A stretch of DNA of 64,000 bases from Polyangiaceae bacterium (lineage in GTDB: Bacteria > Myxococcota_A > Polyangia > Polyangiales > Polyangiaceae), in NCBI GenBank assembly GCA_044222475.1, contig JBGANF010000002.1:96001-160000 (forward strand), written 5' to 3'. The number at the start of each line of letters is the position of its first letter. Position 1 is the first letter of the stretch. The notes under the pieces were generated by a model, which was not told the origin of the DNA, searched no databases, and worked only from the letters and a program-made list of their open reading frames with translations. Both the position numbers and the translations under genes were made by a program. Of this stretch, positions 42,307 to 54,600 are shown piece by piece.

Positions 42307-43611
42307 ATGTCGTTGCAGACTGCACGAACCTCGCTCCTCGCCGTCGCCCTCGCGTTGGGGGTGACCTCTGCGTTCGCGCAAGAGAGCGCGCTCGACGGGG
42401 CGCGCGCGAGGACCAAGGCCGAGCCGGCGAGCCTCGACGCGTCGCTCGCGCTCGGGCGCTCGCTTCGCCTCGCCGGTCGCACCACCGAGGCCATCGCCGA
42501 GCTGCGTCGCGGCGCGGCGCTCTTGCCCGGTCGAGCCGGTGACGGAGCGATCAAGGTCCAGTGGGAGATCGCGCGCGCGTACATCGGTCAGCGCGACTTC
42601 GGCCAGGCCATGGTCGCGTGTCGCGTCGCTGGCGCGCAGACCGGGGGCGCCGCTGCCGGTCACGCCTGCGCCGCCGAGGCCCACATCCTCTGGCGTCGCG
42701 GCTCCGAGGCCCTCACCGAGACGGCGCAAGCCCTCGCCGGTGGCAACAAGCAGTACGACGCGAAGGTCAGCGAAGGCCGCGCGCACACGCTCCAGCTCGA
42801 GGCGCCCGCGGCCGAGAAGTCGTTCCGCGAGGCGATCACTTGGAAGGAGGACGCGCCGGACGCGCATCGCTGGCTCGGCCGTCTCCTCGTCGATCAGGGA
42901 AAGACGGACGCCGGCATCGCGGAGCTGCGTCGCGCGTTCGCCCTCGACGCATCCGATCCCGAGATCGCGTACGAGCTGGCGCGCGCGATCGGCACCGGCG
43001 CCGAAGCGCAGGTGCTCCTCCAGCGCGCGGTGAAGGACCGACCGACGTTCACCGACGCGTGGATCAAGCTCGCCGATCTCGAGCTCGGAGCGGGCCGCCC
43101 CGCCGACGCACGCAAGAGCGCAGCGCAGGCGCTCGCCGGCGCACCTCAGGATGCGACGGCCCACGTGCTCATGGGTCGAGTCGCCTACGCCGAGGGCAAG
43201 TACGACGACGCGATCAACGAAGCGAAGGCGGCGCTCGGGATCCTCGGGAACTCCGCGCCGGCGCGGCTGCTCCAGGCCGACGCGCTCGCGGCGAAGGGCG
43301 AGATCGATCTCGCGCTCGAGCAGTATCAGTCGGCCGCCGCGTTCGATCGCACCGATCCTTCGCCCCTGATCAAGGCGGCCGACGCGTGCCGGCGAGCCGG
43401 GCGCTTCACGAGCGCGCGCGCGTACGGCATGCGCGTCACCGCGGATTTTCCTGACTTCGGGCCGGGCTGGGTCGCCTTCGGCGACGCGCTCCTCGCCGAC
43501 AAGGAGCCCGAGAAGGCGAAGGCCGCGTTCGACAAGGCGCTCGCCGCCCCCAAGGGCCTGAGCGCGACCGACAAGGACGCGGTGCGCGCGAAGATCGCCG
43601 CGATCAAGTAG
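42307..43611 (+). CDS. Secreted TPR protein
   Basis: Signal AFA; many TPR repeats. Confidence 0.85.
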   Translation: MSLQTARTSLLAVALALGVTSAFAQESALDGARARTKAEPASLDASLALGRSLRLAGRTTEAIAELRRGAALLPGRAGDGAIKVQWEIARAYIGQRDFGQAMVACRVAGAQTGGAAAGHACAAEAHILWRRGSEALTETAQALAGGNKQYDAKVSEGRAHTLQLEAPAAEKSFREAITWKEDAPDAHRWLGRLLVDQGKTDAGIAELRRAFALDASDPEIAYELARAIGTGAEAQVLLQRAVKDRPTFTDAWIKLADLELGAGRPADARKSAAQALAGAPQDATAHVLMGRVAYAEGKYDDAINEAKAALGILGNSAPARLLQADALAAKGEIDLALEQYQSAAAFDRTDPSPLIKAADACRRAGRFTSARAYGMRVTADFPDFGPGWVAFGDALLADKEPEKAKAAFDKALAAPKGLSATDKDAVRAKIAAIK

Positions 43612-43639
43612 CCGCGGACGGTGCTATGAAAGCGTCGCG

Positions 43640-44653
43640 ATGCACGAGCTCGCGAAAGGCCTGATCGACGGAGACGTACGCTCGCTCGCGCGCGCGATGC
43701 GCTGCGTGGACGACCGCGTCGGCGGCGCGATCGAGATCCTCAAGGACGTCTTTCCCAAGACGGGACGAGCGTACGTCATCGGCGTGACCGGGAACCCAGG
43801 GGCAGGGAAGTCGACCCTCAGCGACCGGTTGATCGAGGGCTACCGCAAGCAGGGGAAGACGGTGGGCGTGCTCTGCGTCGATCCGTCGAGCCCTTACTCG
43901 GGCGGCGCGATCCTCGGCGATCGCATCCGCATGCAGCGCCACGCGACCGATCCCGGCGTCTTCATCCGCTCGGTCGCGACGCGCGGGCACCTCGGCGGGC
44001 TCTCGCGATCCGCGCGCGACCTCGTGCGGCTGCTCGACGCGAGCGGCAGCGAGATCATCCTCGTCGAAACGGTCGGCGTCGGACAGGACGAGCTCGAGAT
44101 CACGCGAACCGCCCACACGACGCTCGTCGTGATGGCGCCGGGCATGGGCGACGAGGTCCAGGCGATCAAGGCGGGCCTCATGGAGAGCGCCGACGTGTTC
44201 GCGGTGAACAAAGCCGATCGCGACGGCGCCGACGCGACGATCCGCGACATCGAGCTCATGATCGCGCTCGGCTCCGAGACGATGATCGCTGCGGGAAAGA
44301 ACCGCGCTCACGTCGTGCACGGATCCAGCGCCGGCACCCACGGCGCGACCGAGGTCGCGGGGACGTTCACCCCGCCGGTGGTGCGCTGCATCGCGACGCG
44401 CGGCGAGGGCGTGGCCGACGTGCTGGCGGCGATCGAGAAGCACCGCGCGTGGCTCGAAGGTACCGAAGAGGGACGAGCACGCCGACGCGCGCGCCTCGGC
44501 GAAGAGGTCCGCGACGGTCTCCGCGAGGCGTTGATCGACGCGGCGGTCCACGATCTCGGAGCGGACATCCAGGCCGCGGTCGACGCCGTCGAATCGAAGG
44601 CGCTGGATCCCTACACCGCGACCGAGAAGCTCATCGAAAAATTTCGCGGCTGA
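43640..44653 (+). CDS. meaB: Methylmalonyl-CoA mutase-associated GTPase MeaB
   Basis: GNPGAGKST, DPSSPYSGGAILGDRIRM, ETVGVGQ, NKAD. Confidence 0.93.
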   Translation: MHELAKGLIDGDVRSLARAMRCVDDRVGGAIEILKDVFPKTGRAYVIGVTGNPGAGKSTLSDRLIEGYRKQGKTVGVLCVDPSSPYSGGAILGDRIRMQRHATDPGVFIRSVATRGHLGGLSRSARDLVRLLDASGSEIILVETVGVGQDELEITRTAHTTLVVMAPGMGDEVQAIKAGLMESADVFAVNKADRDGADATIRDIELMIALGSETMIAAGKNRAHVVHGSSAGTHGATEVAGTFTPPVVRCIATRGEGVADVLAAIEKHRAWLEGTEEGRARRRARLGEEVRDGLREALIDAAVHDLGADIQAAVDAVESKALDPYTATEKLIEKFRG

Positions 44654-44655
44654 CT

Positions 44656-45864
<1,209 letters not shown>

Positions 45865-45872
45865 GGGCGCCG

Positions 45873-47537
45873 TCACCCGCTTCGCATGCGCTTGTAACGC
45901 CCGATGAGCCCGTTGGTCGATGCGTCATGGGTCGTCACTGCGCCGGGTCCCTCGAGCTCCGGCACGATCGCCTGCGCGAGCTGCTTGCCGAGCTCCACCC
46001 CCCACTGATCGAAGCTGTAGATGTTCCACACGATCCCCTGGACGAAGATCTTGTGCTCGTACGCTGCGATCAGCTGGCCGAGCGTGTGCGGCGTGAGCTG
46101 GGGCAGAAGGAACGAGCTCGTCGGCCGGTTGCCGGTGAACGTCTTGTGCGGGACGAGCGCGTCGATGCGCTCCTTCGGGAGCTTCTGCTTCTCGAGCTCG
46201 GCGCGGACCTCGGCCTCGGTCTTGCCCTTCATGAGCGCCTCCGTTTGGGCGAAGAAGTTCGCGAGGAGGAGCTCGTGGTGGCGCCCGATCGCGTTGTGGC
46301 TCTTCACCGACGCGATGAAGTCGCACGGGATCACGCGCGTGCCCTGATGGATCAGCTGGTAGAACGCGTGCTGTCCGTTCGTGCCCGGCTCGCCCCAGAT
46401 CACCGGCCCGGTGTCGTACGCGGTGATGCGGTTGCCCTGGCGGTCGACGCCCTTGCCGTTCGACTCCATGTCGCCCTGCTGGAAGTACGCCGCGAAGCGG
46501 TGGAGGTACTGGTCGTACGGGAGGATCGCGTGGCTCTGCGCACCGAAGAAGTTGCCGTACCAGACGCCCAGCATGCCCATGATGGCCGGCAGGTTCTTCT
46601 CGAGCGGTGTCGTGCGGAAGTGCTCGTCCATCGCGTGACCGCCGGCGAGCAGCTCCTCGAAGCGGTCGTACCCGACGGTGAGGACGATCGAGAGGCCGAT
46701 CGCGCTCCAGAGCGAGTAGCGACCGCCGACCCAGTCCCAAAATGGGAACATGTTGTCGGGGTCGATCCCGAACTTGGTGACCTCCTTCGCGTTGGTCGAC
46801 AGGGCGACGAAGTGCTTGCGCACCGCGGTCGCGTCGGCGCCGAGCTTGCCGAGGAGCCACGCCTTCGCCGTCTCGGCGTTGGTCATCGTCTCTTGGGTGG
46901 TGAACGTCTTCGACGCGACGATGAAGAGAGTGGTCGCCGGATCGAGGTCGCGCACCGTCTCGGCGAAGTGCGTCCCGTCCACGTTGGACACGAAGTGCGG
47001 CCGAATCGGCGACTCGCCGGCGCGACGGCCCTTCCAGTACGGGCGCAGCGCCTCGGTCACCATCACCGGCCCGAGATCGCTGCCGCCGATGCCGATGTTC
47101 ACGACGTCGGTGATGCGCTTGCCGGTGTGACCGACCCACGAGCCGTCGTGGACCTTGCCGGCGAAGGCCTTCATCTTGGCGAGCACCGCGTTCACCTCGG
47201 GCATGACGTCTTTGCCGTCGACGAGGATCGGGCGGTTCGATCGGTTGCGCAGCGCGACGTGGAGCACCGCGCGGTCCTCGGTGCCGTTGAGCTTGCCCCC
47301 CGAGAACATCTGCTCGGCCGCTTCGGTGACCTTCTGCTGCGCCGCCAGCGCGAAGAGGAGCTTCATCGTGTCGGCCGTGACGCGGTGCTTCGAGTAGTCG
47401 AGGAACACGTCGCCCACCTCGATCGACAGCGCGTCGAACCGCTTCGAGTCCTTCGCGAAGAGGTCGCGGAGGTGCACGCCCTCCATCGTCTTCTTGTGGT
47501 CGGCGAGGGCGCGGAAGGCGGGGGAGTCCTGGAGCAT
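45873..47537 (-). CDS. pgi: Glucose-6-phosphate isomerase
   Basis: [45 protein letters not shown]. Confidence 0.98.
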   Translation of the reverse strand: MLQDSPAFRALADHKKTMEGVHLRDLFAKDSKRFDALSIEVGDVFLDYSKHRVTADTMKLLFALAAQQKVTEAAEQMFSGGKLNGTEDRAVLHVALRNRSNRPILVDGKDVMPEVNAVLAKMKAFAGKVHDGSWVGHTGKRITDVVNIGIGGSDLGPVMVTEALRPYWKGRRAGESPIRPHFVSNVDGTHFAETVRDLDPATTLFIVASKTFTTQETMTNAETAKAWLLGKLGADATAVRKHFVALSTNAKEVTKFGIDPDNMFPFWDWVGGRYSLWSAIGLSIVLTVGYDRFEELLAGGHAMDEHFRTTPLEKNLPAIMGMLGVWYGNFFGAQSHAILPYDQYLHRFAAYFQQGDMESNGKGVDRQGNRITAYDTGPVIWGEPGTNGQHAFYQLIHQGTRVIPCDFIASVKSHNAIGRHHELLLANFFAQTEALMKGKTEAEVRAELEKQKLPKERIDALVPHKTFTGNRPTSSFLLPQLTPHTLGQLIAAYEHKIFVQGIVWNIYSFDQWGVELGKQLAQAIVPELEGPGAVTTHDASTNGLIGRYKRMRSG

Positions 47538-47557
47538 GCGCCGCAGGATATCCGGTT

Positions 47558-48427
47558 TTACCGCGGACGTTGCCGGGGCGGTTTTCGGCCGATCTTCTCG
47601 GCTTTGCCGGCGCTGGGGCACAGCTCGGCGACGGGGCACGCCTTGCAGTCAGGCTTCTGCGCGTCGCAGATGCGGCGGCCGTGGAAGATGAGCACGTGGC
47701 TCGCGCGGTCCCACTGGTCGCGCGGGAGGAGCTTGCAGAGATCCTGCTCGATGTCGGCCGGGTCGGTGTTCTTCGTCCACCCGAGGCGCTGGCTGATGCG
47801 TTGGACGTGGGTGTCGACGACGACGCCCTCGGGGTTGCCGAAGCACACGCCGAGGACGACGTTCGCGGTCTTGCGGCCGACGCCAGGGAGCTTCACGAGC
47901 TCGGGGAGCGTGCGGGGGACTTGGCCGTCGTGATCGGCGACGAGCTTCTGGGAGAGCCCGACGAGGCTCTTCGACTTCTGGCGGAACATCCCGAGGCGGT
48001 TCACCAGCGCCTCGATCTCGAGCGTCGTCGCGGCGGCCATCGACTTCGCGTCGGGGTAGGCGGCGAAGAGGCCCGGGGTCACCTTGTTGACCATGACGTC
48101 GGTGCTCTGGGCCGAGAGCACGGTGGCGCAGAGGAGCTGAAACGGACTGGTGTGGTCCAACTCGCAATGAGCGTCGTGATGGTGAGCGGAGAGCTTCGCA
48201 AACGCTGCCAACGCCTGGTCCTTTGGTACCAGTTTGGGACGCCCTCTCGAAACCTTCTTCCCGTGAACGTGCCCGTGCCCGTGCCCGTGCCCGATCGACG
48301 AAGCTGCCAAATCGGAGCTCTTCCTCCTCAGGCTCTTCTTCGGCTTCGGCTCCGGCTTCGCCTCCACGGGCCCCGTGACTCGTGCACGGGCACGGGCACG
48401 TTCACGTTCACGGGGAAGAGACGACAT
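47558..48427 (-). CDS. nth: Endonuclease III with repeat-derived N-terminal extension
   Basis: [41 protein letters not shown]. The ATG overlaps the gyrA TGA; true start uncertain. Confidence 0.93.
   Translation of the reverse strand: MSSLPRERERARARARVTGPVEAKPEPKPKKSLRRKSSDLAASSIGHGHGHGHVHGKKVSRGRPKLVPKDQALAAFAKLSAHHHDAHCELDHTSPFQLLCATVLSAQSTDVMVNKVTPGLFAAYPDAKSMAAATTLEIEALVNRLGMFRQKSKSLVGLSQKLVADHDGQVPRTLPELVKLPGVGRKTANVVLGVCFGNPEGVVVDTHVQRISQRLGWTKNTDPADIEQDLCKLLPRDQWDRASHVLIFHGRRICDAQKPDCKACPVAELCPSAGKAEKIGRKPPRQRPR
48260..48414. repeat. Palindromic REP/REPIN-like element, copy 1
   Basis: 35-nt inverted arms (48260-48294 and 48380-48414, 32/35 complementary) built from GTGAAC/GTGCCC/GTGCAC hexamers. 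Confidence 0.9.
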
Positions 48428-51090
48428 CAGTTCAGTGCGCCGTTCGTCCCGCCGTCGTCGTTGCCCGACGGGGGAATGCTGCTCCCCTCGGGCGGGGGCG
48501 GCGTCATGCTGTCACCCGGCGGGGCTTCGCTGAGCCCGGTGCCTTCGGCGGACTCGGCGAGCCGCTCGACCGAGGTCACGCGCTCGTCGCCTTCGACGTT
48601 CATCACGCGGACGCCCTGTGCGTTGCGACCGGTCTCTCGGATCTCGGCCACGCGCGTGCGCAGCGTCTGCCCCTTGTCGGTGATCATCATCACCTCGTCG
48701 TTCTCGGCGACGAGCTTGATGTCGACCACCGGTCCGTTGCGATCGCTCGCGTCGATGAGGATGATCCCCTTGCCGCCGCGGTTCTGCGTGCGGAACTCGT
48801 CGATGAGGGTGCGCTTCCCGAAGCCCTTCTCGCAGAGGGCGAGGACGTACGGGCGCGCCGGATCGCTCATGCCGAGGCCGACGACCGCGTCGCCCTCGGA
48901 CAGCTCGATGCCCTTCACGCCGACGGTCGCGCGGCCCATCGCGCGGACCTGGTCCTCGGGGAAGCGGATCGACTGGCCTTGCTTCGTCGCGATGAGGATC
49001 TCGCGCTTGCCGTCGGTGAGCACCGCGCCGAGGAGCAGGTCGCCGTCCTCGATCTTGACGCCGATGATGCCCTTCTCGCGGAAGTTCTCGTACTCGTCGA
49101 GCTCGGTCTTCTTGATGATGCCGTTGCGGGTGAGCGTGACGACGAAGCGGCCCTTCTCGATCCTCGGCACCTCGACGATGGCGGCGACCTTCTCGCCGGC
49201 TTCCATCCCGACGAAGTTGACGATCGCTCGCCCCTTCGAGATGCGCGTGCCCTCGGGGATCTCGTAGACCTTCTTCACGTAGACCTTGCCGCGGTCGGAG
49301 AAGAAGAAGACGTAGGCGTGCGTCGACGCGACGAAGAGCTGCGTGACGAAATCCTCGTCGCGAGCTTCCATCCCGAGTTTGCCCTTGCCGCCGCGCTTCT
49401 GCGCTCGGTAGGTGCTCGTGCTCGTGCGCTTGATGTAGCCGGCGTGCGAGATCGTGACGACCATGTCCTCTTCTTGGATGAGGTCCTCGGTCGTGATCTC
49501 GGCCTCGGCGGCGACGATCTCGGTGCGGCGCTTGTCGGAGAACTTGGTCCGAATCTCCTCGAGCTCCATCACGATGACGTTGAGGAGGACCTTCTCGTCC
49601 GCGAGGATGAGCCGCAGGCGCGCGATCTCGACGCACAGCTCGCCGTACTCCGCCGCGAGCTTCTCGATCTCGAGGCCGGTGAGCTTCGACAGCCGCATCT
49701 CGAGGATGGCCTTCGCTTGGCGGTCGGAGAGGGTGTACGGGTTCTTCTTCTTCGCGAGCTCGATCTCTTCGGCGGGTCGACCGGCGCGGCGCACGAACGA
49801 CTCGAGCCCGGCCAGCGGGAGCGCCATGAGCTTGATCTTCGCTTCTTCGGCGTCGCGCGACTCGCGGATGGTCTTGATGATGAGGTCGGTCTCGGTGATG
49901 GCCATCCCGAGGCCTTCGACGATCTCGCGCGTGGCCTCGGCCTGGCGGAGCTCGTAGCGCGTCCTGCGGGTCACGACCTCTTTGCGGTGGTCGATGAAGC
50001 AGGCGAGCGTCTCTTTCAGGTTCATCACCTTCGGCCGGTTGCCGAGGATGGCGAGGTTGATGACGCCGAACGTCGATTGGAGGTCGGTCTGGCGGTAGAG
50101 CTGGTTGATCACGACCTGAGGCATCGCGTCCTTCTTCAGCTCGATGACGAGGCGGATGCCCTCGCGATCGCTCTCGTCGCGGGCCTCGGCGATGCCCTCG
50201 ATCTTCTTCTCGCGCATGAGCTCGCCGATGCGGCTGTGCACGCGGGCCTTGTTCACCTGGTACGGGATCTCGGTGACGACGATCTGCTCGCGGTCGGCCT
50301 TGCCCTGCGTCTTCTCGACGATCATGCGAGCGCGCATGATGATCGTGCCGCGGCCGGTGAGGTACGCCTGCTCGATGCCGCTCCTGCCGTAGATGAGGCC
50401 GGCGGTCGGGAAGTCCGGGCCTTGCACGAACCGCATGAGATCGGCGATGTGCGCGTCCGGGTTGCGGACGAGGTGCACCGTCGCGTCGAGGATCTCGCCG
50501 AGGTTGTGGGGCGGGATGTTGGTCGCCATGCCGACGGCGATGCCGCCGGTGCCGTTGACGAGGAGGTTCGGGATGCGCGACGGGAGGACGGTGGGCTCCT
50601 CCTTCGAGTCGTCGAAGTTGGGGATGAAGTCGACGCACTCCTTCTCGATGTCGTTGAGGAGCTCCATCGCGATCTTCGCGAGGCGCGCCTCGGTGTAGCG
50701 GTAGGCGGCCGCCGGATCGCCGTCGACCGAGCCGTAGTTGCCCTGGCCCTCGATGAGCGGGTACCGCATCGAGAAGTCCTGCGCGAGGCGGACCATGGCG
50801 TCGTAGACGCTGGCGTCACCGTGCGGGTGGTACTTGCCGAGCACGTCGCCGACGATGGTCGCGCTCTTGCGGAACGCCGACCCGGGGACGAGGCCCGCCT
50901 GGTAGGCGGCGTACAGGATCCGCCGGTGAACCGGCTTCAGACCGTCGCGCGCGTCGGGGATGGCGCGACCGATGATCACGCTCATCGCGTAATCGAGGTA
51001 GCTGGTTCGCATCTCGTCGGAGATGCTCACCGGGACCTTCTGATTGGGGTTCGTCGGCGTGGGCGGGGTCGGGGGCGTTTCGTTCGACAT
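48427..51090 (-). CDS. gyrA: DNA gyrase subunit A
   Basis: [23 protein letters not shown], catalytic RYTEAR, GyrA-box QKRGGKG. Confidence 0.98.
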   Translation of the reverse strand: MSNETPPTPPTPTNPNQKVPVSISDEMRTSYLDYAMSVIIGRAIPDARDGLKPVHRRILYAAYQAGLVPGSAFRKSATIVGDVLGKYHPHGDASVYDAMVRLAQDFSMRYPLIEGQGNYGSVDGDPAAAYRYTEARLAKIAMELLNDIEKECVDFIPNFDDSKEEPTVLPSRIPNLLVNGTGGIAVGMATNIPPHNLGEILDATVHLVRNPDAHIADLMRFVQGPDFPTAGLIYGRSGIEQAYLTGRGTIIMRARMIVEKTQGKADREQIVVTEIPYQVNKARVHSRIGELMREKKIEGIAEARDESDREGIRLVIELKKDAMPQVVINQLYRQTDLQSTFGVINLAILGNRPKVMNLKETLACFIDHRKEVVTRRTRYELRQAEATREIVEGLGMAITETDLIIKTIRESRDAEEAKIKLMALPLAGLESFVRRAGRPAEEIELAKKKNPYTLSDRQAKAILEMRLSKLTGLEIEKLAAEYGELCVEIARLRLILADEKVLLNVIVMELEEIRTKFSDKRRTEIVAAEAEITTEDLIQEEDMVVTISHAGYIKRTSTSTYRAQKRGGKGKLGMEARDEDFVTQLFVASTHAYVFFFSDRGKVYVKKVYEIPEGTRISKGRAIVNFVGMEAGEKVAAIVEVPRIEKGRFVVTLTRNGIIKKTELDEYENFREKGIIGVKIEDGDLLLGAVLTDGKREILIATKQGQSIRFPEDQVRAMGRATVGVKGIELSEGDAVVGLGMSDPARPYVLALCEKGFGKRTLIDEFRTQNRGGKGIILIDASDRNGPVVDIKLVAENDEVMMITDKGQTLRTRVAEIRETGRNAQGVRVMNVEGDERVTSVERLAESAEGTGLSEAPPGDSMTPPPPEGSSIPPSGNDDGGTNGALN

Positions 51091-51173
51091 GGCTCGAAAA
51101 TCCGAGCGGCTTGTCTACTACAGCGCCCCCTCTGGAGCTACCCCCATCGGCCGACGCGGCGGCCGTAGCGCCG

Positions 51174-52025
51174 TCACTTCTTCTCGATCTTTTCCAGCCG
51201 TTTCATGATCTCGGCGTGCATGTGGTCGATCTTCTCGTGCATGTGCGCGATCTGGAGCTCGGCCTTGACGTTCACCCCGAACTCGATGTCGTTTCGGCGC
51301 TTGTCGCGCTCGGCCTGACGGTTCGCGCTCAGGAGAACGAACACCGAGAGGAAGATGGCCTCGAGCGAGACGACCATCGTGAGGAGGCCGAACGGGAACG
51401 GATCGAAGCCACCCGCGCTCGTGTTCACGAGCGGCTTCACGTTGAGGATGATCCAGACGAAGAAGAGCCCGGCGTGGATGAAGAGAAAGTTCATGCTGCC
51501 GGAGAACGCCGCGATCCAGTCGGCGACCTTGAGCACCAGCGTGCGGTTGTCGGTCTCCTCTTCGTTCGCGTTGCGGGACGCGGTGTGCCGGAGGAGCTTC
51601 GAGTTCTCGCGCAAGCGGCGCCCGGTCGCGGCGAGGAAGTCCAGCGCGGCGTGCGGCTTGATGCGGAAGAACTCGTCGAGGTCGCCGCGATCGACGACGA
51701 GGGCCTGGATGTCCTCGATCACGATCGCCGACGCGGTTCGCGCGCCCCCGTCGAGCAACGAGATCTCACCGAAGAAGTCGCCCTCGCGGGCGACCTCGAG
51801 GACGATCTTGTCGCCGGTGTCGTTCTTGAAGGAGATCTCGACCACGCCGTCGAGCACGACGTAGAGCGAGTCGCCGGGGTCGCCGTAGTTGAAGAGAACG
51901 TCCTTCGCCTTGGCTTTGACGACGTCGACGCGCTCGGCGAGCGCGGCACGCTCGGTGTCGTCGAGGAGCGAAAAGAGGGGGACTTTGGAGAGCGCAGCGC
52001 TCTTGTCGACGTCGTCTTCGGACAC
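51174..52025 (-). CDS. cNMP-binding domain + DUF1003 membrane protein
   Basis: FFGEISLLDGGARTA; ADWIAAFSGS, FDPFPFGLL, SLEAIFLS, NVKAE. Confidence 0.9.
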   Translation of the reverse strand: MSEDDVDKSAALSKVPLFSLLDDTERAALAERVDVVKAKAKDVLFNYGDPGDSLYVVLDGVVEISFKNDTGDKIVLEVAREGDFFGEISLLDGGARTASAIVIEDIQALVVDRGDLDEFFRIKPHAALDFLAATGRRLRENSKLLRHTASRNANEEETDNRTLVLKVADWIAAFSGSMNFLFIHAGLFFVWIILNVKPLVNTSAGGFDPFPFGLLTMVVSLEAIFLSVFVLLSANRQAERDKRRNDIEFGVNVKAELQIAHMHEKIDHMHAEIMKRLEKIEKK

Positions 52026-52092
52026 GTAGGCCTCCCGGTAGCGCGCCCGAGTCACGGGCGACGATGCAGGTTCGGCTAACGAACCGAATCCG

Positions 52093-54489
52093 TCAACCCG
52101 GGCGTTGCTCGACGAGAAAGTCGAGGATGTCCTTCGCGACGGCCTTGCGCATGCCGCCGGTATCGGCAGGTCCGACGCAGGTGGGGCAACCCTGAGGGCA
52201 CTCGCATCGCGCCACGTGATGGGCGGCTCGACGAACGAGCTCCTCGCGCAGCGCGAAGATGCGCTCGGCGAGCCCGGTCCCGCCGGGGACGTGCTCGTAG
52301 ATGAACAGCGTCGGCGTGTAGCCCTGCGCGCGCGCGTGCGAGCCCTTGCCGGCGCGCGGAGCGGGCGACGGATCGGCTTCGCCGGTGCCGTCGTCGCCGA
52401 GGGCGGTGCCGAGGTCGCGCGGCTCGCACATGAGCGCGAGCGTCGCCACCGTCTCGAGGGCGAGGCCGACTCCGCGGAGGCCATCGATCACCGCGGCGCG
52501 ACCGGCGGGATGCTCGGCGCACCAGCTCTCGGGCAACGTGAGCCACGCAGCCGTGGTGTGCATCTGCATCTCGGGCAGGTGCACGTCGCCGTAGCCGCTG
52601 TTCTCGTGGGTCTGGAACTTGATCTTCTTGTAGCCCACGACCTTCTCGACGACCGAAATCTCACCCCAGCTGAAGGTGGGCAGTACCAGACTGGGACGAG
52701 ACTGGTCTTCGACTTCGAGGACGGAGATCTGGGTGTAGGTCATCGCGTCGGTGAAGTAGTCGGGCTTCACCTTGCGCACGTAGGCCTTGTGGTTCTCGTA
52801 GTCGAACCTCTCGACCTGCCAGGTTTCGCCGTCGTGTTGGTAGATGGCCTGCTCGTGGAGCATCGTGTGGGCGCCGCGCCAGTCGAGCTCGGCCAAGGTC
52901 TTGTCGTGCTCCTGATCGATGATGACGACGTTGTCCCAGCCGATGGACCGCAGCGAGACCGAGTTCGCCGGGTACGCGTCGGCCGCCCAGTGGAACGTGC
53001 CCTTCGCCTCGTGGAGGACGTGGTGGCGGGCGAGGAAGCGCAGCGCGTCTTCCGTCTCGACGGCGCCGAGGCTGCCGAACGCGTCGCCGACGCGGAACGG
53101 CATCTCGAACGCGGCGCACTTCAGGTGTTGCACGAGGATCTCGACGTTGTCGGGATCGATGCGGGCCTCTTCGACGGCCGCGCCGAGGAGGAACTCCGGC
53201 TCGCGGGCGAGGTACTGATCGAGCGGAGCGCTCGAGGCGACGAGCACGCAGAGCGATAGCGCGCCGCGGCGTCCCGCCCGCCCGAACCGCTGCCACATCC
53301 CCGCGACCGATCCCGGGTACGCCGCGCAGATCACGGCGTCGAGGTTGCCGATGTCGATGCCGAGCTCGAGCGCGTTCGTCGCGACGACGGCGAGGATGTC
53401 GCCATCGCGGAGCCGCCGCTCGATGTCGCGCCGCGTCTCCGGGAGGTAGCCGCCGCGGTACGCCATGATCCGCGACGCGTCGATCTCGCCGGCGACCTTT
53501 TCGCGGAGGTACCGCAGCATGATCTCGACCGAGTTGCGCGAGCCGCCGAAGATGATCGTGGGGACCTTGGCGCGCACGAGATCGGCGGCGAGCATGACCG
53601 CCTGCTTCACGTAGCTCGCGCGGATCCCGAGCTCGGCGTTGACGACCGGCGGGTTGAAGAGGAAGAACTTTCGCTCGCCCTGAGGTGCGCCGTTCTCGTC
53701 CACGAGGACCACGTCCTCTTCGTCGACGCCGAAGAGACGCGCGGCGTGCTCGCGCGGGTTGCCGATCGTCGCCGTGGCGCCGAGTAGCTTCGGCCTCGCG
53801 CCGTGGAAGCGCGCGACGCGCATCAGCCGGCGGATCACGTTCGCGACCTGCGAACCGAAGACGCCTTTGTACATGTGGAGCTCGTCGACGACGACGTACT
53901 CGAGGTGCTGGAACGTGCGCGCCCAGCTGGCGTGATGGGGCAGGACGCCGGTGTGGAGCATGTCCGGGTTGGTCACGATGATCCCGGACCGCTCGCGCGC
54001 GGCGCGCCGCGCGTCCGCCGGAGTGTCGCCGTCGTACGTGACGACGCCGCAGCGCATGCCGGCTGCGTCCATGAGCTCGCGCAGGCTCGCTTCCTGATCG
54101 CGCGCGAGCGCCTTCGTCGGGAAGAAGTAGAGCGCGCGCGCGTCGGGCTCCTCGAGCATCTTCTGGAGGACCGGCAGGTGGAAGCAGAGGCTCTTGCCGC
54201 TCGCGGTCGGCGTGGCCACGACGAGCGACTTCGCGTCGCGGTTGGTCATGGCATCGAACGCGCGGGCTTGGTGATCGTAGAGCTCCGTCACGCCCCGGGA
54301 GCGCAGCGCGGCGGCGAGCTCGGGGCGCAGGTTCGCCGGGAACGGCCGCACCTTGGCCGGCCGGTCCAGGTAGGCCTTCTCGGCGGCGAGGCACGGCTTG
54401 ACGTAGTTGCTGGCGAGCCATCGATCGAGCACGCCCTCGATGCCCTGATCGCCCTGCCAAGGGGCTCGTTTCCGGGGTAGCGCCGTCAT
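52093..54489 (-). CDS. DEAD/DEAH helicase with DUF1998 Zn domain (MrfA/Hrq1-like)
   Basis: PTASGKS, PTKALARDQ, DELH, ATNALELGIDIG, QRFGRAGR, CECPQGCPTC. Confidence 0.93.
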   Translation of the reverse strand: MTALPRKRAPWQGDQGIEGVLDRWLASNYVKPCLAAEKAYLDRPAKVRPFPANLRPELAAALRSRGVTELYDHQARAFDAMTNRDAKSLVVATPTASGKSLCFHLPVLQKMLEEPDARALYFFPTKALARDQEASLRELMDAAGMRCGVVTYDGDTPADARRAARERSGIIVTNPDMLHTGVLPHHASWARTFQHLEYVVVDELHMYKGVFGSQVANVIRRLMRVARFHGARPKLLGATATIGNPREHAARLFGVDEEDVVLVDENGAPQGERKFFLFNPPVVNAELGIRASYVKQAVMLAADLVRAKVPTIIFGGSRNSVEIMLRYLREKVAGEIDASRIMAYRGGYLPETRRDIERRLRDGDILAVVATNALELGIDIGNLDAVICAAYPGSVAGMWQRFGRAGRRGALSLCVLVASSAPLDQYLAREPEFLLGAAVEEARIDPDNVEILVQHLKCAAFEMPFRVGDAFGSLGAVETEDALRFLARHHVLHEAKGTFHWAADAYPANSVSLRSIGWDNVVIIDQEHDKTLAELDWRGAHTMLHEQAIYQHDGETWQVERFDYENHKAYVRKVKPDYFTDAMTYTQISVLEVEDQSRPSLVLPTFSWGEISVVEKVVGYKKIKFQTHENSGYGDVHLPEMQMHTTAAWLTLPESWCAEHPAGRAAVIDGLRGVGLALETVATLALMCEPRDLGTALGDDGTGEADPSPAPRAGKGSHARAQGYTPTLFIYEHVPGGTGLAERIFALREELVRRAAHHVARCECPQGCPTCVGPADTGGMRKAVAKDILDFLVEQRPG

Positions 54490-54600
54490 GGTGACCGATA
54501 CTAAACGGATGTACCGTGGACGTCACCCTCTTCGTCCTTGGCAGCCGGCTAACCAATTTTCGTGGGCCGGCTCCCGGGCCCGCGGGGTAGGCTTTTTTCC

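Noticed and set aside
52093..54489. DUF1998 helicase as part of a DISARM/Druantia-type defence system
   Set aside because: It is a stand-alone MrfA/Hrq1-like gene with no methylase, second helicase or nuclease partner adjacent.
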